Below, piece after piece: positions 36,602 through 50,270 of a DNA stretch of 64,000 bases (positions are counted from its first letter, which is position 1; the number at the start of each line of letters is the position of its first letter). The notes beneath the pieces are model-generated. The model did not search any database. It was given only the letters and a program-made list of their open reading frames with translations, and was not told the DNA's origin. The translations under genes and the position numbers were made by a program. Source of the DNA: Trichosphaerium sp. ATCC 40318 (taxonomy: Eukaryota > Protista > Tubulinea); the NCBI GenBank assembly GCA_038496445.1, contig JALMLS010000215.1, forward strand, positions 124,001 to 188,000. Direction: 5' to 3'.

Positions 36602-37510
36602 TCACTTTAATTTGTTTGCAATGATATAATCAAGACCACCAACAACAGCAGCAACTTGAGCAACAATACAATCTTCATCAGTAACTTTATCACTGTCAGG
36701 ATAGACCTCTGTAGTAGTGGTATACTCAGCGCCAGTGAAGCTCATACAAAGTTGGTATATCTTTGCATCACAAACAACAACACCTTCTTGTTGTAGAGGA
36801 TCACCACATATACCACCTGATTCATCAGGAAGAGCAATATGAGTGACTTTCTTAACAGACTGAATGATTGCTTTCTGGAACTCTGGAACAGGTTTTTTGT
36901 CATCACCAACTGTATAGAACCCGTCAGGAATAGGTCCTGTTTCGACTTCTGTGCCATCACGTGCTGCTTTTGCTGGTCTGAATTCAGTGTTATCTGTATC
37001 CGTGGTCTCATGCAAATCGAAATGAACCAATACCTCCCCTAAAGGAAGAACTGCGTTCATGACAAGTTCAGCTTCTTCGCAATTTTCAGGTTTTTTCTTT
37101 GGAGAAAATGAGCGATTTGGGTCTACTGCTTTTGGGTTCCATCTGTTGATTGTCTCGAATCCCCAAGGGCTAATACAAGGTGCTACGACGATATTGAAGT
37201 GTTTGCTGTACTCTAAAGCTTTCGTTTCCAAAAACCTTACAGCGCCAAGTACGCCGCTCGTCTCGTAACCGTGTACACCTCCAGTAACGAGTAGTGTTGG
37301 TTTTTTGGCGTCCCAAGAGCGTGTTTTAGCCAAGTACAACGGATAATCTTTTGAGTAAGATAGTACGCCGTATTTCTCAACGTCAAACGATTTTTTCCAC
37401 TTCTCGACGCGTGAGACGACGTGTTTCTCGTATGATCGTTTTATCACTTGTTTTTCTCTCCAAGCGATCTTTTCAGCTTCTCCCCATCCTTTTTTAACGG
37501 CAGACATCAT
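36602..37510 (-). CDS. M14 metallocarboxypeptidase (succinylglutamate desuccinylase/aspartoacylase-like), intronless
   Basis: LVTGGVHGYETSG, NRWNPKAVDPNRSF, HFDLHET, TTTEVYPDS. Start uncertain (ORF is open to 37621). Confidence 0.88.
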   Translation of the reverse strand: MMSAVKKGWGEAEKIAWREKQVIKRSYEKHVVSRVEKWKKSFDVEKYGVLSYSKDYPLYLAKTRSWDAKKPTLLVTGGVHGYETSGVLGAVRFLETKALEYSKHFNIVVAPCISPWGFETINRWNPKAVDPNRSFSPKKKPENCEEAELVMNAVLPLGEVLVHFDLHETTDTDNTEFRPAKAARDGTEVETGPIPDGFYTVGDDKKPVPEFQKAIIQSVKKVTHIALPDESGGICGDPLQQEGVVVCDAKIYQLCMSFTGAEYTTTTEVYPDSDKVTDEDCIVAQVAAVVGGLDYIIANKLK

Positions 37511-37936
37511 TGAAAGTATTGTTGTTAGAAATGCAATCAAGACTATTATTAATGGTGTGTAGCACAAATAACGATAGAAGCTGTGTGTTGCTTTCTTGTC
37601 AGGCATAAAGGACTTGGTCAAGGCGAGTTATTCGCTTTTTTGGCTGATTTTCTTGATTGCGGACTTTCACCTGCTCTCGACGGCCTCAATACACTTGTAA
37701 AGCGCAACAACAAATAAAACTAACCGACGTGGACTATTTCTCACATTTCACCGTTTCCTTGTCTTTTCAAATCGCATACTTGCCACAAGTGTACGTAAAA
37801 CAGCGTGAGGAACGCAACGCAAATATTTAGGATGCGTAGTACACAAGTTACGTGAACTTATCGCAGAAACCCACTTCGCTTACCCGATAACTTAAGTTGT
37901 TATTAATGCCTGTATAACATATAGACGTTACACACA

Positions 37937-39680
37937 ATGGGCTGCAAGTTGTTACTCTTGCTTTTGGCAATGATAGCCTTATTAATACCATTGAATGCTT
38001 TTGCAGCAATGTTATGGGCTTTGGGCGCTGTTAGCGTACGTGTAAAGCAAGTAAATTAAATTCTAACCAAAAACGATTTAGCTAGTTGGTATAATTGTAG
38101 TCGTCGCTATGGGCATGTCTGGTATTGTTGGGGTATTTGCGTACATGTGGGCTTTCGCTTTGGATGATATGAATTCAAGTACAGTTATATTGCATTCAAC
38201 AACGCTAAATAGCTCTAAGGTTCATCGGATAAACGATTTAAAACAGTTCTATACTACCTATTGCCTGCAACAGCCTTACTTTGCTCCGCTCTTGCTGGTT
38301 CTGTTGTGGGATTCACCGGATACCCTTTCTACGCTTTTGAGAAGGATGGTACGCTAAAACCGTAAATAATTAAATGTAAAAATTTGTTTAAATTGGTTTT
38401 TAGGAGTTTCAACGATCGATTATGATATCATCAGTGACATTGTTAACTTTACAGGAGAAATTCCAAATACGTCGGCTTTCGGTTATGTATTTACAGAACC
38501 ATATGATGTTGCTACAAACCCAGCATTGCACGTGGTTTTACATAAAAATATCGTTTTAATTATTTAAAATGGTTTTTGATTTTTGGGTTTCGACTGTTTT
38601 TTGACTGTTGTATTTAGATGGGGTAATCACACGTATAGATGTGGTAAGAATTCTAGGTGCATGGCATGTGTGACACCGCTTTCATTCAATCCTGGGACAG
38701 AATCGCAGAACAAAACGGTAAGCACAAAGAATTTTTTTGATTTTTTTTTCTTAACAACGCATGTTTTCTCATTGATCGTGAAGGAGCGCACTGCTTTTTT
38801 CTTGGGTTGTATTATAAGTAATGTTGACGATGATGATGATTGCGTTAGCCGTAGAAATGGTTGTATCGATGATTGGTTTACAAGCAGGCCAAGAGGTGAA
38901 GGTGTTCGAATTAACAATAGAAATCAACTAGCTAAACAATACGACAACGCACGTGCCCCTCTTTTTTTTTTATTTTAATCGAAGTATGCGCAAACAATGC
39001 TGCAAAAAACCAAAAAAAAATTTACCTTTTGGAAACACGTGTACAGTTCTATTCGTTCAAATTCTTCGCTTTTGTGTACACCTTTTTGGCCCTTGAACAT
39101 TGTTTTCATAAGCAAAATACAATATTGGGGATAAAAAAAGTCAGCGTAATGAACAACAGTGTACATTGAAAACTAGAAAAGCACAAATGTTGAGGTTTTT
39201 TTTGTAGATTTCTCTTGTTTTCTAGTTTGCTTTGAACTGTAAATTATTAATCACTTTCTTTAGGCTATTTTCTCTAGAGGACTACCTCTTGTAAGTAACC
39301 CTATAACACTAGATGATAAGGATATTGTTGGTACATACGAATATTCAAAAGATGTGTTTATTGGTATTCTTGCTGCATTCAATATTTTGTACTTGATCGT
39401 AGGATGTGGTTTACTATACTGGACTCAAATACGGCATTACTGTTCGGGAGCAAGTATTAAAAAGTTCGCGTTTGGAAATGGCGGTAGCAGCGGTGGCGGC
39501 AGTAGCAGTCATAACACAAAATTGGAAATGAACATAGCGACTCCGGGTACTACGACATTCCCTGAACCTACTGGTGAGTCTACTAGTGCTTCGGATTCTG
39601 ACGGTGCACCTGGAGTCGGTATGGGCGCTGGTCAAGAGGATGGCGTAAGTCCATATGCTGAAGATAGTCCTTACGCATAA
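37937..39680 (+). CDS. Hypothetical multi-pass membrane protein
   Basis: Spliced model gives ~3 N-terminal hydrophobic helices, a Cys-containing loop, a C-terminal TM (VFIGILAAFNILYLIVGCGLLYW) and a Gly/Ser/acidic tail. Confidence 0.65.
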
Positions 39681-39912
39681 TATTGTTAAATAAAAAATAA
39701 GTTATTCCTCTCCCCACGTGTTTTGTGCACCTTTCTGACTGACGGCCGTAACAGCCATAACTATTTGATTATACAACAATGCAATGGGAAGCCCTGAAAT
39801 TCTTTGCGTTAGAATTAGAGTTCAAAAGAGTGGTGGTGTTCATTCGTTGCAGTTTTTTTGTCGGACATTTATGTCAGCGTATTTCTTGTTTGCTGTTCTG
39901 AGATAAACAACC

Positions 39913-40420
39913 ATGGGGTAAGTCTAGTGATAGTTTGTTTTACTCATTAGACTAGATTCATCACTTCTATCCTACTAGATAGCCTATTACGTACATTATA
40001 CGCTATTGTGATGATTATTAAAATATTTTAGTTACTACTGGCGCTGCTGGAGTTCGTAGATGGATGCACCTCTCGTATGTAGCATTTAGGCCAAAAATCA
40101 TTAAAATAACTGATAAATAGCTTACGAGGCTGGATAGAGCCAAAAATTGCAAACCCTTACGCCAGTTAGTACCAACACAGCAATTAAACGACTTTTTACA
40201 ATTTGAACCGACTAATATTTGCTAGAAATCGGCGTTAGAGGGTTTTTCGATGTTGGAGAGTTTGTAGTATCTAAAAGCATTAAATTTTTAGAAAACACAC
40301 GAGTGGCATCTCACATGCCAAAGATAAAAGACGCAGGTAACGTTATAATGATACATTTATATCTATTAGATATTATTAAGTGTACCATTGACATATTTTG
40401 TAGCAAGGAAAAAAGATTAA
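39913..40420 (+). CDS. Small DUF1748-like protein, 6 exons
   Basis: MGFITSILLDSLLLTTGAAGVRRW..IANPYAKIGVRGFFDVGEFVVSKSI..; family call from recalled similarity. Confidence 0.6.
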
Positions 40421-40886
40421 AGTCATTTTTGATTAATCATCGCCTTTTTTTTGGTGTTTTTTTTTTGGATTTTCACTTTAAGAAGAGTCATAACTCGATA
40501 AATAAACATCTATTCCTTATTTACATACATTCACTATAACCAATAGACGTTTAGTTATAATCTTAATATCATTTAACGCTTGCAAAGGTGAGCTCATTGA
40601 AAAGTACAAAAAACCGTTAAGAAAAACTGTTTACTTGTCTGTAGCCGATCTTCACGCGTCGAAACTACTATCTAGTGGTAGTACGTTTAGTGGTTATGCA
40701 TATGTATATCGACTATAGCCCACAAGCACCTTTGGAGCGGCTTGACGCAAGTTAAGTTTTTGTGAATCTGAATGAAATAGTTGACGCTATGCGACCATGC
40801 CATTATTCGTTCGAATTAAACAGTCCATAGTATATTCCTTGCTTGTGGTGTGCACGTTGGCGTCTTCAGAGTTTATTTTAAACGCC

Positions 40887-41959
40887 ATGGAACCTAAGAC
40901 ACAAGAACCAATTCTAATGCTCCCAGGACCTAAATACAAGTATAAAACAACCCTGGAAGCGCAGTATTAACAAATAAATAGAAGCGTTATTGTGGACTGT
41001 GAAGGTACTGTATCAATAAATGAGAACAGTGAACAGCGTCTAGGAACTGGTGGCATACTCTGGGTGAGTTCATAGCCTTTTTAGCTGGAATTGAATGTAC
41101 AGCGTCATAACATGCGTAATATCGTTTTAGGATGGCGCTGTAGTACTACTAGGCTGGTTAAAAAAGAATAGAGAAGCACTCAAATCAAAAAGGATATTAG
41201 AGCTTGGTGCTGGTACTGGCTTAGGTAACGCGCTTCTATGCATACATAAAATAATATTTTAGTCAGTTTCGATATGCTGCGCTCGCATTGGTGCACGTGT
41301 ACGTCCAAAAAGAGGATTTATGAGAAACTCAATTTTGAGTTGTTTCTTTAGGAAGTTGTTGCTACTGATGTTGCTGAAGTCATAGATAACCTTAGTGCAA
41401 ATTTGCAAACTAATTTAGAGTCTTCTGAAGTTGAATACAAAGCGTGTAAAGTTGATTGGTACGCTGGATGCCGTCATTTTGGTAGATGCTAAAATTTTTT
41501 TTGTTAAAGGGAATCAACAGAGAATGAAGATCTAGGTCATTTTGACATCGTTGTTGGTGCGATATAAAGTCTTCTTAATACATATGTATAACTTTGGTAT
41601 TATAGGATCTGATATTATATGGCTGCGACACCTAGTATTGCCACTAGTCAATACAATAAACCAGTTTTTAAACACAAAAAACTGTACGCCATTTTTTTTT
41701 TGACATTTTTTACACATTGTGACATGTCTTCAATATTTTTAGACAACATTCAACATTGAATGTAATTTTCTTACAAGTACTCCCAGACATGATACTAGCA
41801 CATCAAACGCGGTCCTTGATGGTCGATGATCTGTTTTTTTCAGAAATTAAAAAGACTTGTTCTGTGTCAAAGATACCCAATTCAGAACTTGCCGTAGAAC
41901 ACCAAAAAGAGGATAAAATAGGACTGTACAGAATTACAAAGCAACCAACTGAAAAATAA
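40887..41959 (+). CDS. Lysine methyltransferase, METTL21-like (family 16)
   Basis: GTGGILWDGAVVL, RILELGAGTGL, VVATDV, KVDW, SDIIW. Confidence 0.88.
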
Positions 41960-42031
41960 ATGATGCGAAAACCGTTGACTTTTACTGTTTGCTTTAATCT
42001 GTCATAGTCGCGTATTTGGGCAGTTGACGTC

Positions 42032-44946
42032 ATGAATGTATTGCGGAGATATGCAGTAAGAACTACAGGAGCATGTACAAAGCCGCACAAGCGTCAACGC
42101 CGAGTATGTGTAGCAAACCCGTCTAACCGCCAAAATGTCACTTACTATCATGCTACTACTCCAAGTAAGTGCTAAGAATACTTCTGTTGCTAAATTTGCA
42201 CAGAGCAAGCTTCATTCATGTCGTCAATTACAAGAAACGTATACGGAGGTATAAAACAGTCAATCTTATGGCTTTTGTAACGCTTTTGGTCTAAAACGGT
42301 TATCATCAAACAAAAACACTCTAAACCAAGTCAATTCGCGCGAACATAACGTAATCTAACTTGGTTTGTAGCGTTCGGCCTAACGTACTCACTAACAGAC
42401 AAACAACGTCGTCAATCTGTTGAATTGATGAAAAAAGATGATTTGAGCAAGACTACATCTTTCCCAGTTGCTGATGCGTCTGTTGAAATATGGCAAGAGC
42501 TTCACGAACAACTTGAAGCCAATAGTACGCACTAACCTTGTCCAAGCTGCTCCTTTAACTGTTTATCTAATAGACGTTGGTATACAGCACTATCATCGCG
42601 TATCATGGACTTCAGAAAAGTACACCGAAGGTAAGTTTGCGCTTGCGAAGTGTTTGAATTTATTTTTTTTGGTTCTGTGAAAATAGTTGCTTACTCTTAC
42701 TAGCCGAACACCCTATCATCATGAGATTTTGTGTGTACGCAGTATTTTTTAGAGTATTTATTTTACTTACAATGCAATCAGAGAGCGTGGTAGTAAATGT
42801 GTTGATGACAAAAACTATACTGGTGCAGTAAAGTACTTGACTGTTGCGAGATCAATTTTGAATGCGTAAGATTTATATCTTAGTTATACTCACTCACACG
42901 TGATCATAGAATTACTACACCTGAACTAGAGTATCATTATGAGCATGTCATAAGTCTATTTCATATGTGTGTTGCAGCCATGGCTATTGTTAAATCGAAT
43001 TCTTCACTTTCTAATAAAAGAAATGTACGCCCATTTTTTTACTTTTCTTTGCCTCTGTTATCTTCAAAAGTACACTGAAGACTGTGAATAGTAGTACAAA
43101 TCTAATTATAACAGTTAGCAAATGTGATGCCAGCATGGGAGAGCTTGAGCAGACAGGTTTGTGATTCTTACTTTTGTGTTCAAGTGTCGAATCAATTATT
43201 CTCATTTTGTGTAGGCGTGCTCTCAAGGGTTTCAATATTTATCAACGAATTTTGAAGAATTATGTGATGATCCTACTATGAAAGAAGAAGAAACATTTTG
43301 TGGTGAATTCCTAGGTAATAAGAGGTTTTTATTCTGCCTTCCACATATTATGTTTTGTTTGGTTTTATCTTGCTCTTACTCACCTCTGTATCTAGCTCAA
43401 TTACTTGTTGAAATTAATGAGGCTTTGAAACAACCATATGAAGAAATAGCACAACATTGTATTTCACTATGTGATCTAGCTCAGCTGAATAATATAAAAA
43501 ACTACAACAAACTTAGTTTAGAGGTTGATTGATTTTTTTTTTCTTGGCTCTCTAAAGAGGGTTGTATTAGTTTATAGTCGTTCTTACGTTTGGTTCTGTA
43601 GGTTGGAAAGATACTTATGAGCCAAGGTAAAATTGAAAGAGCAATATCATACCTTGATGCAGCAGCACAAGGAACAAGAGATTCAGTGGATGAAAACGTG
43701 GAGAAAAAGAGTTTGAAGATTGTTAACAATGCACACTTTTACTTAGGTCTTTGTTACTTTCATAAGACAGAATATAAACTTGCGTCACGTTATTTCCAAG
43801 GGGTAAGTATAAACAACATACGCGACAGTGTCAAGAACTCTTCCACGATTCCAAGAGCGAAGCTTTTTTTTTTAAAGGATTTTTTATAACTACTGACTTG
43901 TTCTTAGTTATCTGCTCCTGAGGGTAACTGGTACCTATTACTTATTTCTATAGCTACAAGAGATACAAAAGATGCAACAGAGCGTTTAAAGTTACATAAA
44001 GATGATAAGAATGGTAGCAAAGGAGACTATAAAGAAATCTTAATAGCAACTGAAAAGACAATACTATTATTAGAAAAAAGTTTAGATACACCCAAAGATG
44101 AACAAGCTTTTATAAAGGAGTTCAAAGCTATATTAGGTCCTATTGACGATATAGCATCAGAAACGATGGTCAGAAATTATTTAGTTCATATCTTAAATGT
44201 ACGATTGAGCGAAGAAACAAAACCGGAAAAAACTAGGAAAAAATTGGAAAACAAGTGTTTATGAATTTTTTGTTTATGCTTCTTTAGCTTTGGAGTGCCA
44301 CAGCAAGTGCTTTTATTGCTACACAGAATCCAGAAATCATAAAATTAGGACATGAATGTACGTACACAATCAGTTATTTCAACGATCATTAAAATCATTT
44401 TGCTTTGTCACTGATACAATCCCCAGTGTTAATGCAACAAGCGCTTGTTTGTTTGTCTAGTCTTTTGTATTTACCCAAAACCTAAGTAACATATTTGTAA
44501 ATTTGAATGCCTTGGTGCCTTTCAATTGTACCCTGAAGTGAGGTTTTTTTGAAACTTCGGACGAAATCTTGAAACTTTTTTTGATACTTTTTTTCATCTT
44601 TGACGTTGTCAATTCAAACAAAAAACACAGATAGCCTTGGTTTTGTAATAGATTAAAATTTGTTTATTTATTTTATTTAGTAATGTGGCGATCTGCTTGG
44701 CGTTCTTTATCAATTACACATCCTTTCTTGTTTATTCAAGTAACATGGAAAAGACTTGAGTCTATTTGTAGAAAAGAAATAGATGGTATTAGTAGAACAG
44801 GTTCTGGTGTTCGTTCTCATTTACAATGGTGGCGTAATAGTGTTGATCATGAGGTCGATCCTCTTGAAATTGATCAAAAAGTTCTGCGTCATGATCTACC
44901 AGAGTTTGTAAACTTTAAAATTGTCTCAAGATATTCTTGGAAATAA
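42032..44946 (+). CDS. Helical/TPR-like protein with possible mitochondrial presequence, multi-exon
   Basis: Arg-rich N-terminus MNVLRRYAVRTT; AHFYLGLCYFHKTEYKLASRYFQ TPR motif; exon chain not fully resolved. Confidence 0.55.
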
Positions 44947-45512
44947 AAAAAGAAACTGATGACTGTTTTTGGATTCGTTTCTAAGCTACGGCCGAATAAA
45001 TATACTGTGTCAACTCTATTGAAGCGGCAGTAGGCCTTATGCTCTTAATTGGGTTTAGATTTGCGGATCTCTTTGATGCCAATCATCTATTGCATTCGTA
45101 CTAAAATAACTGAAATACCGTTATCTGTATTGAGTTTAATATTGCTCATAGGCATGGTATACTCCATACAGCATATAAATCACATAATCTATAATATCAG
45201 AAGCAAGTAGGCTTATAACGTGGTGCCTGTAAGTGATTTCAATCCCAATTTTGTTACTTTTTTGTAATTGGTAAAATTGTTTTCGTGTTAAAGCGTTATC
45301 TCTTATAAATGACGAATGATACTTGTCAACGTAACAAAGCACAGGAACACAAAGAAGAAGTAAGTCACACATTTTGTTAAAGTGACAGCGTTGTGTTCAG
45401 TGAAGACAGTACATTTATAAGTGGAACGTGCTTTTTTTGGTTCTTGCGTCCGAAAACCTTTTCGGTCTCGGATTACAGCCGACTTAACAAACAAACTAAA
45501 AGTCACTTACGA

Positions 45513-46043
45513 ATGGCCACAACACCAGAAGAAACTTCCGTAACTTTGTCAGTACGTGTTGCTGGGTATTGGCGAAGTACTGAAGATGAAGACAGCGATA
45601 TGCCATTTCCAACACCCTCAACGTCTACACTACGCCCAAACGAAAAGAAGGCGCTTTTAGAGAGATTAGATAAAATCGAACAACTGGCGCATTCGTGGCA
45701 CTACAGGGGTTTTTCTCCATGTCGTATATGCGGGGAACCCAATGGAGCTAAAGAATACGCAATTGCTTGCTCTACAAAGACAACTGAAGAAGAAGTCAAA
45801 TCGCAATTGAATGGAGGTCCTCCTTTGAAGGTTTTCAGGTGGCCAGAAGGATATAAGCATTATTTGGAAGAGCATGACGTTAGATTAGCTTCTGACTTTG
45901 TTGATGCCATCAGAAATAATCAAGCAGAGATGTGGTGTAGTGTAGAAAGAGATGATGTTTTCTGGAATAGATGTACAGAAGAACAAGCAATTTATAATGA
46001 TCCTAACCCTCCTCCACCAGAGAGAAGATGTGTTATTCAATAA
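45513..46043 (+). CDS. Intronless protein with putative Zn-binding domain and CAAX box
   Basis: YRGFSPCRICGEPNGAKEY..WPEGYKHYLEEHDV; ends CVIQ*. Confidence 0.75.
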   Translation: MATTPEETSVTLSVRVAGYWRSTEDEDSDMPFPTPSTSTLRPNEKKALLERLDKIEQLAHSWHYRGFSPCRICGEPNGAKEYAIACSTKTTEEEVKSQLNGGPPLKVFRWPEGYKHYLEEHDVRLASDFVDAIRNNQAEMWCSVERDDVFWNRCTEEQAIYNDPNPPPPERRCVIQ

Positions 46044-46487
46044 AACACGTGTTTGTGTAGCACCTGAGGTCTAGTTTGAAAGACCTTTTAGTAGTTATAA
46101 ACCATGTTGTTGCAGTTACTTTTCTATCTTGTAGGCTCCACAGTTTTGTATGTTTACAGACCAATGGAACTACCGAGTGGAGAACAGAGGTTGCAAACAA
46201 AGTGGTATTTTAAATCCGCAAATATTGCAGTGGTGAGCAATAATTTTACGATAGAAAACGCTACACAGATGTACAGATCCCAGGGACTGACCCTGACCAC
46301 AGTATCGACTTTGTAGAACAATATCCTGCAAACAGGATTCTGATAATCCAATAAAGGTTACATAGAACTTTCTCATATGATTTTAGGCACAAACATATAC
46401 GCCAACAATCACGAGGAATTGAAAATTATTTTGTTGACCAATTCTCTTGTAAGGTTAATAGGTTACGTGTTAAAAAGTATAGTTTAT

Positions 46488-46922
46488 TCACGTGTGGGAT
46501 ACATTATTGGGCCATACAGTGTGAGAGTATGAGTAGTCCCTATTCACTACAACATACAGAGGCCTAATTCCCTTGCAAGGTATACTCCTCATCGATGGGT
46601 TTGATGGATTCTCATCTATTCTCATAAATTTTGTTCGTAGATTCGCAACACTGAAGTTGACAGCACGTGCTACAAGATTTTTGTAATTTATGTTTGTATC
46701 ATCGCTTGACTTGTATTTACTCCACTTCATTGGGTATGCTGTATGTAGGATTAATTTCCATAGATAATTTGCTTCTGTTTGTTCATGTAGGTGCTTGCAA
46801 GTTCTTGAGAGAGATGTAGCAACAGTTGGGGCTGTAAGATTACAATGTTGTATTATTTTGTACAGGCACTCTGTTGGTAGGTTATTAATACTGTTTGCAT
46901 CTGAATGTGACGTTGCTGTCAT
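46488..46922 (-). CDS. Intronless F-box protein
   Basis: INNLPTECLYKIIQHC..LSRTCKHLH..NYLWK. Confidence 0.75.
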   Translation of the reverse strand: MTATSHSDANSINNLPTECLYKIIQHCNLTAPTVATSLSRTCKHLHEQTEANYLWKLILHTAYPMKWSKYKSSDDTNINYKNLVARAVNFSVANLRTKFMRIDENPSNPSMRSIPCKGIRPLYVVVNRDYSYSHTVWPNNVSHT

Positions 46923-47793
46923 GTTGGAGGTGGTTGTAGTTCTGTTGCTCGTGTGCAACAATTTTTATGGTAACTTTCGACAAAGTTCGTTTAAACGGTT
47001 TTCATTGAATATCAGACACTAATGACAAAAGGTCTTGTCATTTTCCAGCCTTTGCTATTCAATGTAGACCAGCCAATGTAAGCATGTATATTGCTGTTCA
47101 CTTTCGCCTTTCTCTTGGGACAAGAACCTGTTTGCTCGCTAGTGGCGCACTCTGAGCAAAAAAAGCAAAATTTATATATTTGATCGTTTACACCTCAGAG
47201 TGCCGGAATAATTTTTCTTATATTCTTGAAGCATACACATTGCACTTTTTGGTTTGTATGCGGATGGGTGTTAGTTCAAATCCGCATGTAAACCAGAAAA
47301 GTGTTGCTGAAATTTAACAATTTTACTACGGCATCCTACGGTGCCCATACTTTTGTCACATGGCCTCCATGTAATATAAATGCGTCAACAGTAGTGATAA
47401 GGCGGAGAAAGATGGAGATTCTAAGAAATCGCCGTTTTCAATTTTTATCAAAATCACTTTGTTTTTGCAACTATACAAACTCTACACCACTTGAAAGGGG
47501 AGAATATATATACAGTAAAACGTTTTCACTTCCAAAATGTTTTTTGGCAGGCTTAGCTGGCCGCTAGAGCTAAATTACAAAAAAAAAAATTGTTCCGAAT
47601 TTTAGTGAATTTTCTGATCGAGCACAGAGTGCGCCCTTTAGAAAAAAATAAAATGATACACCTAAGACTTTGCATGTACCAGTTTAGATTTTATAGCCAG
47701 TCACTGTCACTACATATCAAGAATATACCATTTTTGTAACAACTATTATATTTATTTTCAAAAACTTTGAAAGGTTTACAGTTACCATTTAAT

Positions 47794-49211
47794 TCATTTG
47801 GTGGTATTATTCTTAAGATTTGTCATTTTAACAACGTGTAGTATTGCATTCTCTCGATAAAATCCATATAGCTCAGAGTTGTATGAAGCCATTGTCTTTA
47901 CACCCCACATCTTTGGATCACCAGAATAAGCGTAAGTAGTACCTTCATTCATCTCAATTTTACCCTTATAAGAAGCCACATGATCAGCAACAATATCAAC
48001 ACCGTCTGCCATCAAAATAGCTATTTCATCATGCGTATAGCCATGTGGTGGTATGCCTACTACCAGCTGAGTTATTTCGGCGCATCTTAGCATGATAGAT
48101 AAGGAATGTTGGGGGTCAGATTTTGTTCTTGGCACCTCACAGATGCATAAAAGTTGTTCAATGCCACCTTTATGTTCGAGAGTGATTGTTTTAGTATCAT
48201 TTCTTGCCAGATAGACGTCTCTCCACCAAACAGGTCCATACCCTGTACCAGTAAACACGATTGCAGGTATACCGTTAATGATTGAGTGAAAGGCAATCTC
48301 CATCTCATCTATGAAGAGCCACTCTGACTCAGCAAATATTTCTGTGGTGTTTTCTTCAAAGTTCCATTTGTAAACGAATACCTGCTTGTCCTCTTTATTA
48401 CCCAGGACATATAATATATTAGGTTCATTACAGTCACTGCAAAATGAAAGAATAGGGCTTCGTTCTGAAGGGGTAAATGCTTCGAAGGTCTTGAGAGTAG
48501 ATGTTTGTGCTGCCAAGTCGTAAAACTCGAACTTGTGGTTCAACTCTGGTCCATAATGTCTGTATATCAAGTACTTATCGTCACACGTGATACACGTGTA
48601 TGAAGGATACTTGGGTGCTTTAGACAGAAGTTTTTGAGGGCTATCCAAATCGTTTAAGTCGATAGAGTAAGGCAAGTGACCCGAAATATACGCCTAAACA
48701 ATGTTAATACGTATAGGTTTTCGAAGAAACTCCAAAACAAATTAACAAGCACGCACTATTCCTGTACTCGAAACTGAAACGTTACATTCCTTTGTGAAAC
48801 GACAATAAGGACCAGGGACTGGGAAGGAGTATTTTATGATATCTTCATTGTTGTGTTTTCTCTAAAAACAAGAAAACGTGTCAGAGAAAAAAAAATCTTT
48901 TTTTAGCATCAACAACACAATTTACTTTAAAAACAAAGTTGTTGTGACGGCTTACAGCGTAGTATTCAGAACATTCCACGAGGTACTTGGTGTATCTACT
49001 AGCACAACAGATCGATCTAACTGAGTTATCATCAAGGTAGTCAATAATAGGTATAGCAAGCTTATAATAAAACGTTCCGTCGTTGTGAAACGCTTTTGAA
49101 GTGAATTAGACGAAAAAATCGGTTATTTTGGTTGTACGTACGTAATCTAGGCAGTGGTGGAGGTGGGGGGCTTATGACATTGCGGATATAATCTACAAGT
49201 GATTTTAGCAT
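47794..49211 (-). CDS. F-box-like protein with beta-rich C-terminal region, 4 exons
   Basis: ATG 49211; LAIPIIDYLDDNSVRSICCASR exon; long terminal exon ORF 47794-48675. Confidence 0.6.
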
Positions 49212-49606
49212 GACTAGCTCCGCTGTTGTGGTTTTCAAGTATTACACTTTTTTTTGGACCAACAACTCCGACTTAAGTAGCAGGTTTCAGCGAACAGACA
49301 CCTTTCTTCTCACAACTTTTTTTAAAGGTACTTACTATTACTAATATGAAAACTTTTAGATTGCTTTTGAAATATACTTAGAGATGAGTTGCAGCATGCA
49401 AATAAATTTTGAGAGTTTTCTCATAATTCCATGTTTCGAAAAAAACCAAGAATTCTTCTTGCTGTACAAACCTTGTTCGGTTTTTTGTTTAACTTCTGTT
49501 TACAGTAGTGTGAGTGCAGTTCAGTTTAACGTTCAAACTGCAATTTACATTTTACCAAACCATCTATAGTAGAGTACAGTCTTACCCTACTTTTTTGTAG
49601 CACCGT

Positions 49607-49760
49607 CATTTTAGTACTCCTGCCAGCGCCTTGGTGCTGTCATCTGCAACATTAACTTAAATGAGTGGCATTCACCAAGCAAGGCCTTACCTTCGCTTCT
49701 CACCTTTGTGTAATGTAAGGTTATTGCATGAACTCCACCCAAAGCCTTAATACCTTCATC
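49607..49760 (-). pseudogene. Remnant of a LAGVH-type LRR gene
   Basis: DEGIKALGGVHAITLHYTKV..VADDSTKALAGVLK*, with indels. Confidence 0.65.
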
Positions 49761-50270
49761 TATGAGTCGCTTTTTGTGCAGTTTTTTAAGTTGCTAGGAT
49801 GATATCTAGGGATGTATCCAAGGTGAGTCGTAGGAATGCTTGCCAGAGATTTGGATGTATGTATCACTGACTACATAGATACCGTTGAAACAAATTGCAG
49901 AATATACAAAGTCCAACAAGGATCCCATTAAAGAATTGTTCATTTTACGCCTTGTTCAGTGACTTTAAAATGTAAAGTAGTATTTCTGGGCTCGTGTTGT
50001 TTGTTGTCAAGGTGTCGTTGTACTCAAACGCGAAAGAAAGCAGTAAAGTATGATAAGGTGCCGTCCTTTTGTAACGCGGCTGTGTATCACACCAACACAA
50101 ACGTCTGGCCGTCCCTAATTGATTCGTACTGAGGGTAGAACTTAAAGGCAATTAAGAGATATGTGATTGTTCTAGTTTGTGTGATAAACACGTGGGTTTT
50201 TAATTTTTTCCCAAATTAATTAAAAAACTCTTTAAGGCGCTTACCTTGACTGCATTGTACAATATCTCTG

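Noticed and set aside
46104-46316. Short ORF with hydrophobic start
   Set aside because: Stops follow at once and there is no recognisable domain.
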